From a virus: DNA of 64,000 nt. The notes under the pieces were generated by a model. That model saw only the letters and a program-made list of their open reading frames with translations. It ran no database searches and had not been told where the DNA came from. Shown one piece after another: positions 17,746-28,100 of this stretch (its first letter is position 1; each line of letters starts with the position of its first letter). The DNA lies in the IMG/VR virus record IMGVR_UViG_3300020162_002681, positions 64,001-128,000 of that record, one strand, 5' to 3'. The translations under genes and the position numbers were made by a program.

Positions 17746-19359
17746 CTAACCAGCATCAGTAGTTGCAATCTTACCACGCTTCTTCACTACACCAGAACTA
17801 TCTTTCCTTGCCGAAAAAATTACGATATCTGATTTACCATTACCTGAAAGAACAGGAGTCGCCCCACTAGGAAACAGAATAGTGTTATCGAAAGCTACTA
17901 CTCCTGTCTGCTGTACCAATTCGACTATAAGTGCCTTAGTTTGGTTATTGGAAAGCGTAGCGGTGAAATTAATGTTCGTTACTGTGTTGCTGATATCTGT
18001 TAGTGGGCATTTTAGGATTAAGTAGTCATAATCTGCGTCAAGGTCAATCGTATAGTTGGTCGGTGAGCTAATAGTGACGGTGTTGGTTTTAATTTGGTCA
18101 CCAAGAGCCGTTATGACTTCATCGGCTAGTTTGTCCAGTCCGATACTTCCATCGGGCAGTGCAGGGTCAAAAACTATCCACCTACCAGTCGTCGGGTTGG
18201 TGTTGGGAATCAGAACTGTATCGCCATTGTCACTTGCAGTAGATGCAGCGTCATATTTGTAAGGTCTGTTGACCGATTCAACCAAGCGTACTTGTCCAGA
18301 TTTGTACTGAACAGAGTTGAGTGACTTGAGAGCCGCTATGTTGTCTACTGGCGCATCCCAGAAAAGAAGGTCTTGTAAAAGTGCGTAATTGACCAGCTTA
18401 GGGTAGATACTAATGAAACTCTGTGCCGATACCCCATCTAGAAGCTGTGAAGATGGTGTGACCTCGATTACTACTGCTGAGCCATCGGGAATACCTTTGT
18501 TGAGCGCAATATCAAGTGTTGGGTACTCTTGCACCACTCCGAGGTTGTCGATGCCAGTAGTGTCCAAGGCGAAGGAACTGAGACTGATGTAGCCAATGAT
18601 TTTAACACCAAAGACGAGCCTGATAGCTGGGTCAGAACTGTATTCGCTTAGGTTAAGTCGCAAGCCAGTCAGAGTGCCGCCAGTGTCGTTCACAATCCAG
18701 TATTTGATAGGCACTGGTATGGAATTGATATTTTCGAGTGGGGCAACGAGTAATGTATCTTGGTCAGCGCTGATTACGTCTATTTCGGCTAGGGCGGTCG
18801 TTTCATAGAGGCTAGCTTCTCTTGTCTTGAACCACCTGCCGCTTGAGTGCGTGAGGATTGTTACGTTATCAATCTGAACTACCGAACCGCTAACAAATTC
18901 GTAGCAAAAACCATTTCCGTTGAGCAGTACCCTGAAGCCTGTTAATAGACCTGTGAGCGCACTGATGTCTGCGGGATTAGAGTAGCTAGTAGGACTGTTT
19001 AAAGTGGCGTTAGCAGTGATTACTACGTCACTGGGAGTGATTGGAGTAACGTAGTCATCTTCAAAGTGCGAGAACTTGTAGATGATTCGTGAAGAAGCGT
19101 AGTCATTGGTGGTGGATACGCTGATTAGGGTTTCATGGATGTCTTCGTATGAGAGGGCAGTGAAATTTTCAGATTCGAGGGTAATGCTGCCGCTTGCGCC
19201 TACGACAAGAGATTTTACAGGGCTTTCAGTAGTATACCCAGCTCTGTTTCTTTTTACAACCCAGAAAAAATATGTGTCTGCATCGATTGACCCACCAGAT
19301 GTGGTTGTGATGGTGGGAGCTACAAGTGTTTTGCTGGAGGCGTAGATTGTTTTAGACAT
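17746..19359 (-). CDS. Tail fibre/baseplate-associated protein
   Basis: YDAASTASDNGDTVL...GRW tailspike-head-like motif; C-terminal FPSGATPVLSGNGKSDI domain also seen in 53664..55508. Confidence 0.65.
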   Translation of the reverse strand: MSKTIYASSKTLVAPTITTTSGGSIDADTYFFWVVKRNRAGYTTESPVKSLVVGASGSITLESENFTALSYEDIHETLISVSTTNDYASSRIIYKFSHFEDDYVTPITPSDVVITANATLNSPTSYSNPADISALTGLLTGFRVLLNGNGFCYEFVSGSVVQIDNVTILTHSSGRWFKTREASLYETTALAEIDVISADQDTLLVAPLENINSIPVPIKYWIVNDTGGTLTGLRLNLSEYSSDPAIRLVFGVKIIGYISLSSFALDTTGIDNLGVVQEYPTLDIALNKGIPDGSAVVIEVTPSSQLLDGVSAQSFISIYPKLVNYALLQDLLFWDAPVDNIAALKSLNSVQYKSGQVRLVESVNRPYKYDAASTASDNGDTVLIPNTNPTTGRWIVFDPALPDGSIGLDKLADEVITALGDQIKTNTVTISSPTNYTIDLDADYDYLILKCPLTDISNTVTNINFTATLSNNQTKALIVELVQQTGVVAFDNTILFPSGATPVLSGNGKSDIVIFSARKDSSGVVKKRGKIATTDAG

Positions 19360-19510
19360 TTCGAGCTAATTTCTCAGTTTCTTTTGTAATATATGCTAAC
19401 CAATCTCGACCTTCAGCCACTTTTAGTTGTGGGTACTCAGGCTTGAAGGACTCGGCACGTTCTAGCCAGTCTTGGTCTATTTTACAGAGGTTATTTATGG
19501 CTTTTGGCAT
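19352..19510 (-). CDS. 52-aa peptide containing the capsid-identical segment GRDWLAYI
   Basis: ATG 19510, 4 nt after the upstream stop; stop overlaps the next start; MPKAINNLCKIDQDWLERAESFKPEYPQLKVAEGRDWLAYITKETEKLARNV. Confidence 0.65.
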   Translation of the reverse strand: MPKAINNLCKIDQDWLERAESFKPEYPQLKVAEGRDWLAYITKETEKLARNV

Positions 19511-19514
19511 ATTG

Positions 19515-20078
19515 TTAGTAACGAATACGGGCTTTAGGCATTCTAACACCTGTAGATACCATGTCAACAGGTTCTTCCATCATTCCACCCATTCCTTTGT
19601 ATGAGTCAGTTCTAAATCCTAAGTATCCTGTTGGACTTGCAGCTTCATCGGTTGTTTTGCGAATATCTGTGAAGCCTTTAGTGTCTGGGGTTTTCACGTA
19701 ATCTCTTTTTAGTGGGTCAGGTGCATAGAGGTCTTTATATTCGTACCCTTTAGGCTTACGCATTAGTTGTGGTAATCCAGCCTCTTTTCTTAGTCTGGTT
19801 CTATTGCCGCCTCGGTCGTTATACCACTCATCCTTTAAAAGAGTATTTCCACCATCTCTAGTATCGAAACTATAAGGCTTTAATGACTCTCTAGCTACTC
19901 TAAGTGTATTTGCAGGTTTAGTCTGGCTTCCAAACGGTTTTAGTTTCTCATTTAGAGTGTCTTCTACTCCCTTACCGTACTTTTTTGTATATATTTCGTC
20001 AGCTTTACCTAATTGAGCATTTCTTTTCAGTTGTTTGTTTTGCTGCTTGATTACACCAAAATCTGCGAAGTGTTGCAT
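19515..20078 (-). CDS. Basic protein starting MQHFADF (putative internal head cargo)
   Basis: 187 aa, K/R-rich, N-terminal HFxxF motif. Confidence 0.7.
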   Translation of the reverse strand: MQHFADFGVIKQQNKQLKRNAQLGKADEIYTKKYGKGVEDTLNEKLKPFGSQTKPANTLRVARESLKPYSFDTRDGGNTLLKDEWYNDRGGNRTRLRKEAGLPQLMRKPKGYEYKDLYAPDPLKRDYVKTPDTKGFTDIRKTTDEAASPTGYLGFRTDSYKGMGGMMEEPVDMVSTGVRMPKARIRY

Positions 20079-20080
20079 AG

Positions 20081-20233
20081 TTATTTAATATCCAATAGTG
20101 TATTTGCGCCCCTTTTAAAACTCACCCAAGCATGGTAGGGGATATTCACAAAACTTTTGTAAGGTACACCAGAAAGTCGCTCATCAGGGATAGTGAGGTC
20201 AACTTTTAGCTGCTTAGTTCTTTTTCTGTGCAT
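20081..20233 (-). CDS. 50-aa hypothetical protein
   Basis: MHRKRTKQLKVDLTIPDERLSGVPYKSFVNIPYHAWVSFKRGANTLLDIK; 2-nt gaps to both neighbours. Confidence 0.5.
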   Translation of the reverse strand: MHRKRTKQLKVDLTIPDERLSGVPYKSFVNIPYHAWVSFKRGANTLLDIK

Positions 20234-20235
20234 AT

Positions 20236-20406
20236 TTATTTCATGATTGTAGAGGAGGTCACTGGAGGAGAGATATTGAAAACGAACGTGTCGCTGCCTT
20301 GGACTAAAGTTACTTTGTTGCCAGAGACTTGAACCCTCGGTAAAACGTTTTGAAAACCTTGCTTGATGTCGGCTAATGCTTGTGCGTAATCGATGTTTTG
20401 TGCCAT
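20236..20406 (-). CDS. 56-aa hypothetical protein
   Basis: MAQNIDYAQALADIKQGFQNVLPRVQVSGNKVTLVQGSDTFVFNISPPVT...; TATACTTA motif directly upstream. Confidence 0.6.
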   Translation of the reverse strand: MAQNIDYAQALADIKQGFQNVLPRVQVSGNKVTLVQGSDTFVFNISPPVTSSTIMK

Positions 20407-20428
20407 TTATTAAGTATACCGCAGGAGG

Positions 20429-20457
20429 TTGACAGGTTGTATTAGCTAAGATAGACT
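20429..20457 (+). promoter_or_regulatory. Sigma70-type promoter TTGACA-N17-TAGACT
   Basis: Perfect -35 and 17-bp spacer upstream of ATG 20481. Confidence 0.65.
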
Positions 20458-20480
20458 TAGATATCTTATAAATAAAGTAT

Positions 20481-20912
20481 ATGATTATTATCGATGATGT
20501 AATTGTTCCACCTCCGACATCAGAACAAAAAGCAAGTATGCTCAGGCTGTACCAAGAACATTTGCGATTTGACTATCTAAATGTTCTTGGTATTTCTAAT
20601 TACAATCACAATTTTGGGGTTGCTAACACTGCTGAGCTATAGAATAGACTTGCCGCTAAGAAGCTAGACGAAGAGCTATGCGAGAAATTCAGAATCCGTC
20701 ACGCAAATTCAGAACAAGAACTGCAAAAAATGTGGGGTTGCAACGAGATTTACCGCAACTTTGGTACAAGACTTATTCTCCTTAATATCGAAGAAAGCTT
20801 TTTACGAATTACGACTAATTTTGGTGTGTTGGAATTTTTTGCAAAGCCAGAAGAGGAATTTTTTCGAGGAAAAGACCGTAGTTTACCCGTAGTAAGTTTG
20901 ATTGATTATTAA
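20481..20912 (+). pseudogene. 143-codon hypothetical gene interrupted by one in-frame TAG at 20640-20642
   Basis: Frame is open from ATG 20481 to TAA 20912 except codon 54; track ORF 20730..20912 is the same frame. Confidence 0.65.
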
Positions 20913-23599
20913 AGTCCACTTCCTCCATTATCGACCCAGCGCCCAAAACCAGCACTGATTCCACTGATGTCATTGCCAATCAAGTTCGGTAAATTTGTAA
21001 CTTCAACAGTAGTCACCAATCCACCCTTGATAGTATTTAGCGCCGTAGCGGTCGTGCTGACTGTCGTGAGGCTAACTGGTATCACTTCCCCAAATGTGAC
21101 GTTGACAGGCTGATTAAGCGCACTTCCGTTGATAATCTGCGTAGTGAACGTACTCGACTTGGCAGCCCACTTTTGCCCGAAGTATTGAAACACGCTATTT
21201 GGCTTCACCGCGTTTTGTGTCCATGTAAAGGATGTGCTCAGGCTGGCTCCATCGAACACATCTTTATGCAGCTTGAATGTAGCTCCCTTAATTGCTTCTT
21301 GTATGTTGTTTGCTCCAGTGATTGTTACGTCACTCAGTATGTTGCGGTCACGTACATTTGAGGTTATATAGGTCAGCGAGTCCTTAAGTCCATCCTTATC
21401 CTGCTTGGGGTTTAGCTGATTGATTGGCTTACGAACTGTGGCACTAGGAGGTCGCCCAAGAGCTGTACTGAAACTCGAACTCTGTATATTGCCTTTAAAG
21501 CTTGCATCTGCAACGGTACGGATAGTCCCATAGACAGAATAAGAATCATCCTTAAAGCTGGCATCATTACTTGCAGTCGAATAGCTTGGAATTGTGTCAG
21601 GGTCTTTCTTCTGTTGTGTAGCAATAACTCTGCTAGTATCAATAGTCGGTAGCACACCAGTACCAATAACTGCATTGTCAGGGACATTCATATAACTGAA
21701 AGGTCTATAGAACGTGCCAGTGTATAGCTGATTCTGGTCAATTGAAGTCAGTAGACCGCCAAGGTCATTAAAAGTTTCGTAAATCCTGTCAATATTTGGT
21801 TTAGTCGTCTTGCTAGGACGAATCATGTAGCGAGTATGTTCGTAAACCTCTTCACCAGTGGTCAAATAAATAGGATTCTTGCCCCATAAACTTGCAGCTT
21901 GGTCATTATACTCAGGATTCCCGCTAACACCCGCAGAAATTGAATATCGGGACTTAGCGACAATCATCAAGTTGGGAACCCAGTCAGGACTAGGGAACAG
22001 TACTGCTACAGGGTCTTGGGTACTCGCTACATTAGGTAATTGTGCTTTGGGAATATACTCAACATTCCAATCAACTTTGTCGCCATCTTTGTAATATTTG
22101 CTGAATGGTTCAATAAAGTAATCGACACGCTCAGTAATAGGTATTTTGCGGTATAGGAAGCTTTCAAGAGCACACTTCGCCTTGTAGACAGAAAGATAGT
22201 AGTATTGAAGGCTTATTGGGTCATTAGCGACCAGACTGCCAATTTCAAGCAGGTATGTCAGCCGTATCCATGCTTCGATACTTCCTTTTGACCAGTTAGC
22301 CGCATCTTCATTAGCAAACCGCTTCACAGCCCAACCTTCAGACTGCTCAGCTACTAGAACTTGAGAATGGCACTTGAGCAGATTGTCGAACTGAGGGGGA
22401 ACTGTAGTTGCAACATAATTGCCGTTGGCATCTCTGACTTGCGGTTTAATGTTGAGGTCAAGATTCTGATAAAGGAAATCTGTCTGTTTAATACTCGTAA
22501 CGCGCCACACAATAGGTCTTGCAAAGATATTCGCACCAACCATACCCATCGCACTATTAGCAAGGTCTTTGAGTAGTCCACCGAATGCATTTGCTTGAGC
22601 TGCTGGATTACTTTGCATCCTATCGAGAATAGAATAATCGATGTTGAGTGGAGCTAGAGGATTGCTAACTAATTCGAGCGCTGAGTGACTAAATCCGTAA
22701 GTGCCAGATATTTCCGAGCTTGGTTGCCCATATTTATACAGCGTAATCTTGAATTGCTTGCTCAGACCGCCATTATCTACAAATACACTGAGGTCGCGAG
22801 GAACCAAACTTCCATCCCCAACTTCTACTGGAGGTAAGTGAGGATTGCTATCACCTTCATATAGCACATATTCATCATCAGTTACTTGGACGTAGGTGTT
22901 TTGAAGCGCGTAGTTAGTCCCACCATTCCAATTCAATAAGGTGTTCTTATAGCAAGGCGTTTCATTATCAGATAAAGTTACCTCAGTAAGTGGTGCTGAG
23001 GTAATGGCGCGACCTGACCCCAAATCAACATAATCAATACCTGACTTGGAGAAAACTGCTACTTTGGCATCTAGGGCAGCACGTTCATCAAGAAAAGAGC
23101 GAAGCGTAAAGAAATCCGTGTTAGCTGGTCGGTAAGGTAGATTGACAAAACCACTAAGCCCTGTGATTGGGCAAGTGATGCCAGTAAATGCCGAAACTTG
23201 AGCTAGTAAGCCTGAAAGCGGAAAGCGATAAAACTGTTCGCCAATGATTTGAGCCGACCGCCCATAAGCCAAAACAAACTTAGCTGTATTAATTCCTTTT
23301 TCTGTAAACAGCTTGCTGACATGGGCGTAGCTGAGAGAAACTTCGTACCGAACAACTGCATTACCTATCTTTTGTACTTGAGGAGATTCTTTATAGCTGT
23401 AATTGGTTAGATAGAAATCGTAGTTACCAAATGTCAAGTCACTTCCCAAATTTGGCACATCTTCAAGAGTTGCAACATAAATGATGGCAGAAAGAGATGG
23501 AGGTTGGTTAAGCTCCTGATTTAAGGTGTAAGTGCCTACAACGGCTCTGAGAGGATTTTCGGCGCTACTGGATAGATTATTTGCTACGGGCACAGGCAC
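20909..23599 (-). CDS. Putative tail tip/hub protein
   Basis: 896 aa, downstream of the tape measure and two small distal-tail-like genes. Confidence 0.55.
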   Translation of the reverse strand: MPVPVANNLSSSAENPLRAVVGTYTLNQELNQPPSLSAIIYVATLEDVPNLGSDLTFGNYDFYLTNYSYKESPQVQKIGNAVVRYEVSLSYAHVSKLFTEKGINTAKFVLAYGRSAQIIGEQFYRFPLSGLLAQVSAFTGITCPITGLSGFVNLPYRPANTDFFTLRSFLDERAALDAKVAVFSKSGIDYVDLGSGRAITSAPLTEVTLSDNETPCYKNTLLNWNGGTNYALQNTYVQVTDDEYVLYEGDSNPHLPPVEVGDGSLVPRDLSVFVDNGGLSKQFKITLYKYGQPSSEISGTYGFSHSALELVSNPLAPLNIDYSILDRMQSNPAAQANAFGGLLKDLANSAMGMVGANIFARPIVWRVTSIKQTDFLYQNLDLNIKPQVRDANGNYVATTVPPQFDNLLKCHSQVLVAEQSEGWAVKRFANEDAANWSKGSIEAWIRLTYLLEIGSLVANDPISLQYYYLSVYKAKCALESFLYRKIPITERVDYFIEPFSKYYKDGDKVDWNVEYIPKAQLPNVASTQDPVAVLFPSPDWVPNLMIVAKSRYSISAGVSGNPEYNDQAASLWGKNPIYLTTGEEVYEHTRYMIRPSKTTKPNIDRIYETFNDLGGLLTSIDQNQLYTGTFYRPFSYMNVPDNAVIGTGVLPTIDTSRVIATQQKKDPDTIPSYSTASNDASFKDDSYSVYGTIRTVADASFKGNIQSSSFSTALGRPPSATVRKPINQLNPKQDKDGLKDSLTYITSNVRDRNILSDVTITGANNIQEAIKGATFKLHKDVFDGASLSTSFTWTQNAVKPNSVFQYFGQKWAAKSSTFTTQIINGSALNQPVNVTFGEVIPVSLTTVSTTATALNTIKGGLVTTVEVTNLPNLIGNDISGISAGFGRWVDNGGSGL

Positions 23600-24249
23600 A
23601 CATCCCCATTAAGCTTGAAGAAGGTATTTTTAGGGAAGTCTAAGTATTTGTCGAAGCGATAGACTTGACCGTAATAGCTGACTGTATTTGAATTAGGGGC
23701 AACACCAACAATTTTCAGCAGCTTCTTTTTTCGTATAAATGGGGAAAAACCTAAGAATGGGTAAAATAAATCAAAACTAATGCGTACTCGAATAGTTGTT
23801 CGGTCAGTTATGGACAAGCCTTTGAGGTCGGCTACTTTATACTGTGTGGGTTCTCGGTCTTTGTAGATTGCCGCTTCATTGGCGTAATAATTCACCCAAT
23901 CCAAGTCTCGGTAGCTGTTGAGGTCTGTAAAGTAAAACTCCAGTTCCGCTTGTTTTGATGTAGGAAAATCTCCAATAGTCAAGTAATAGCAAGCATTGAG
24001 GTCAACGGTAGGTCGTCTCGAAGCCGAGTTGTTGTATCCATCTACACCGAGATTGGTAACTAAAAATCCCGCTAGAAATGGCAACTTACTTTTCTGCACG
24101 AAGTTCATGGTAGTCAGGTAAGAAGCTTGTGCTTCGTAGCTGTTGAGTGAAATGGTTTCTGTAGTTAGAGAAGCATCATAAGGAGACAAGGATGTACCGC
24201 CTACCCAAGTTGGTAATCGTTTGGGAGTGTCTTGAAGAATTTTCCACAT
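23584..24249 (-). CDS. Putative minor tail protein
   Basis: Position in the tail operon, overlapping its neighbour. Confidence 0.5.
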   Translation of the reverse strand: MWKILQDTPKRLPTWVGGTSLSPYDASLTTETISLNSYEAQASYLTTMNFVQKSKLPFLAGFLVTNLGVDGYNNSASRRPTVDLNACYYLTIGDFPTSKQAELEFYFTDLNSYRDLDWVNYYANEAAIYKDREPTQYKVADLKGLSITDRTTIRVRISFDLFYPFLGFSPFIRKKKLLKIVGVAPNSNTVSYYGQVYRFDKYLDFPKNTFFKLNGDVCLCP

Positions 24250-24258
24250 GAGTCTCGC

Positions 24259-24630
24259 CTACTGTATCGTAAATTCTGGGGTATTGATTTCAACTGCTTG
24301 GAGTGTATATGTTCTATAGCACTGGTCGGCTCCGATAGTATAAATACCTCCATAGTCTATTCCAGTAACTACCCAAGTCTTGCCCCGAAAGGTGAACGTT
24401 TGATTTCCAAAAGTAGTTAGTGTAGGTTTCTCGAAAGGGATATCTGCAACTTTGATTCCCTCAATTGTTACCGAGATTGTCTGATAGGAGACAACTCCAG
24501 CAAGCAAAGTCGAGTTGTTGAGTAGGAAGAAGGCGTTCGCGTTTTGAGCATTAATTTTCCCAAAAGAAATTGCCCCCGATTTTAAGGGGTAGCCAAATAA
24601 CTTCTCTTGGGAAAAACTAAGCCCAGCCAT
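24259..24630 (-). CDS. Putative distal-tail/minor tail protein
   Basis: Beta-rich; resembles 24634..25041 (K.FG.P start, Y..GGI..GA end), probably a paralog. Confidence 0.5.
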   Translation of the reverse strand: MAGLSFSQEKLFGYPLKSGAISFGKINAQNANAFFLLNNSTLLAGVVSYQTISVTIEGIKVADIPFEKPTLTTFGNQTFTFRGKTWVVTGIDYGGIYTIGADQCYRTYTLQAVEINTPEFTIQ

Positions 24631-24633
24631 AGG

Positions 24634-25041
24634 TTAACCCAGTTTACCGATATATTTGTTAGTGACAAAAGTAACGGGAAACGATTTGAGGGTTTCTTCA
24701 GTCGCTCCTACACGAATACCACCAGTTTCCTCATATTGGTAAGGGTACATGGTGTTACCGCGATAGAGAATACCTCCAGTCAAGCCAGTACCAGCAGTCA
24801 AGTTTACCTGACCTAATAGCATAGCTTCTTGGTTGGCATCGCAAATAGCTTGGATGTCTTCAGCAGCAGAAAGAGAGATACCACCGATATCGAAGGTGTA
24901 AGTACGGGCAGAGATGTTACCAGTAGCAACAAAGTCGCCAAGGTTAGCAACTGTAGAGTCGATAGATAGTTCACCAGCAGTAATTTTGTCTGCGGGAACA
25001 GGGATGCCATAAATCTTTGTTTGTTGAACGTTTAGAGACAT
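24634..25041 (-). CDS. Putative distal-tail/minor tail protein
   Basis: First gene after the tape measure; beta-rich. Confidence 0.5.
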   Translation of the reverse strand: MSLNVQQTKIYGIPVPADKITAGELSIDSTVANLGDFVATGNISARTYTFDIGGISLSAAEDIQAICDANQEAMLLGQVNLTAGTGLTGGILYRGNTMYPYQYEETGGIRVGATEETLKSFPVTFVTNKYIGKLG

Positions 25042-25101
25042 TTATTTTAGTTTGTTCACTATTTTCTCCAATTATACCACCGAGGAAGGATTGACAAAAA
25101 G

Positions 25102-28100
25102 CTACACTCCAAAGGCAGTTTTAGACAAGTCAAGAAATTGTTTGCCAAAATCATTGAATGCCTTAGAAATAACATCACCACTCTTACCGACAGCAGCACC
25201 AACTTTATTAAGGCTATCTCCACTAAACGAAGTCTTAACTCCATCAAGGCTAATAGTGTTGTTAACGACTACAGATAGATTTTGCTGACTAGAAGCTGAT
25301 GCGGGGTTCTGAGGCTTGTTAGGAGATGCAGCAGCAAACTCATTGGTGATTTTCTTTGCATCTTTTTGCAGGAATGCTTGGTACTCTTGAGCTTGCTGTT
25401 TTATAGTATCTCTAGTGTTTCCGCCAATACCTTGCAGTTCCTTTTGTGTTTGGTCAAACGAAGCACCAAAAGGCTTGCGCTCCTCTATTTGTTGAATAGG
25501 TTGCTGCCTAGAGAGGTTGATTCCATTGCGTAACGCTGCAAAGACTTCGGGCGAACCTAAGCCAGCCGTAGGATTATTTTTAGCAATTTCCAAAATTTGA
25601 GACTGACCACTCAAATCAATGTTACGGATTTTGCTTTGAGTTTCCTGTCTAACTACGTTTTGAGTATCAGTATTCAGTGCTAATGACTTAGCTGTTTGTG
25701 CTTGCGCGTCAGCAATGTTTTTTGGTATGTTTCCGATAACTTGATTGACTGAACTGATGTCGCCAACTTGAATACCGCTTGTAGGGTCAATTTTTTCTAC
25801 GAGTTTGCCTAGCAACTGAGTCTGAGTCAACGCATTAGTCAACATCAAATTCTCAGTCAGTAATTGTTGGCGCTGAACTTCTAGTGTATTGAGTTCTTTT
25901 TCCCCAGTTCGACCAGCTTCATTCTTATCGGCTTTTGTTTTGTCGATTGTACCGAGAATTTCGTTGCGTCCAACTAAGGCTTGAGCCGCAGGGTTGTTTT
26001 GTCCAAACAAGCCAAGAACTGAGTTGCTGAAACCTCTGGTAGCCTGATTACTTTGTAGTGTAGTCTGTTCTCTTCGTCCTTGCAGGTCTAGCCGCGCATT
26101 AGCTAGATTGGCAACCTTATCAAGTTTGTCTGCCCCTTCTTTAGCAATTGCGCCAAATCTTTCAAGGGAAGCGTTTACTCCTTCGAGAATAGTGCGTTGC
26201 TTGATATACTGCAAGTCACGGTCGGCTTCAGCTTTAGCAGTCTTAAGTTGTTTTTCAATATCCTTTTGTTGTTTTTCAAGGTCAGGATTACTTACACCAC
26301 TTTTTTTAGCATCGGCATTGGCGCTAGCTACTCGGTCACGAACAACTTGAACTGTGTTTAGTCGAGCAGTTATTTTGCTGATTTCTTTGTTGGCATCAAG
26401 AAGTACTTGACCAGTCCTATCGGATAGCTTAGAGCCAATATTACTAAAGACAGAGCCAAGCGAAGAGGCAGAAAAGAGAGACGAGGCAGTGGAGCCAAGC
26501 GAACTAAATGCATCTCCTATACCTTTAGAGATATCTATTAGACGTTGTTGCCCAGCAAAGCTTGCGTCAATGGCAGCTTCATTACGTGCAATAGTCTCAG
26601 CTAACGCCCCAATCTCTTGTTTGAGGCGATTAGCTACGACTGTGAACTTAAGGTCTTGCTCAGCTTGCTGAACGACTTTCTTGGCACTTTCGAGGTCTAT
26701 GCTATTCACACGCTCTTTAAGTTGGTCAGAAGCGCCTACTACATCGCTAGCACGTTTTTTTGCGGAGTCTATATCAGATTGTTTAGAGCTTTCTGATTTT
26801 TGAGTGTTTGCAAGCAATAAGTCAGCTATTTTTGTTGCTTCATCGCCTTGACCATTACCTAAGTTTTGAAGTTCTCTCAAATTAATAAATTTGCCGTCTT
26901 CATTAGAGGTAACTATGCTATTGACCTTTTCATTAGCAATCTTATCTACTTTAGCTGTATTGCTTACCCTACCTGAATTACGAAGCTTAGTCCTTTGCTC
27001 TTCTATTAGGGTAGTTATTTGCGAATCATCAATTTTGACTAAACCTTTATCGGTAGCCTCTCTGCTTTTTTGCAAAGACTGTTCAGCTAAAGTCTGGTCT
27101 TTTTTAGCTGTATCTTTTACTTGTTGCACTGCTTGGGTATTTGCCAAGTCAATTTTGGTATTTGCTGCCCCACTTGAGCTAGAATCTTCTACTGAAATAT
27201 TTCCAGATTTCAAGACTTGTTGCAGTTGTTTTTGCCTGTTACCCAGTTCAGCTTGTGCAGCTTCAAGAATATTGTTTTTCGTGATTTCTTCTTCTCGCGC
27301 CGAGATAGCCAAAGACTCTTGCTTGACAGACAATTCCTTTTCTGCCGCAGCCAGCTTAGCTTGTGCCAATGAGACACTAAAGGAGCCAAATTTACTTTCT
27401 TGTGCAAATACAGAGACAATATTTTTCTGAACTTCAAGCAAGCCTTGATTGAAAGTCAATAGTTGCTTACGTTTACCAAGTTCTTCGCTAATTTGCCCAG
27501 AATTTTTTACACTAAAAGCTTCGGCACTTAAATCCGCAATCTTACTTAATCTATCTGCATAGTCCTGAGCGCTAATGTTGGGAGCAGCAAGAGAGGCACG
27601 AAGAGCTTCGATGTTACCTTTAATGCCTTGAAGACTTTTCTTAGTCGCACTGCCAATAGCTTCGCCCCCAACAGCACCAGCCCCTGAAATTACTGAGAAT
27701 AATTTTGTGTAAGAATTTGTTACGGTGTTGTTGTAGCTAAGTATTTTATCAGTGGCAACCTTAAAGGCTTCATCCATTGCTTTTTGAGCAGTGGGGTCTG
27801 AAGCAACAAATTGCATCACTCTAACATCTTTAGTTAGTCTTTGTAGACCTTCTATAGCTCCTTTAGGGTCTATATCCGCTTGAACGGTAATATTGCTCAA
27901 AACACCCTGTAATTTAGGAAGTATCTTGGAAAACTCTTGTGGGTCTACTTTAGAGATATCAATTTTATCTATAACAAAAACTTTATCCAGAGTTTCTTTT
28001 AGTTGATTAAATTGAGCCTTTGCTGAACTGTTAAATGCTACGCTGGTACTTACTGCAATAGGAACTGCACTATTAAAACTTTGGAGTTTCCTTAGTTGAC

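Noticed and set aside
20640-20642. Genome-wide TAG reassignment (alternative genetic code)
   Set aside because: Many well-coupled genes end in TAG (for example 459-461 directly before the next ATG), long genes are intact under the standard code, and no suppressor tRNA is present
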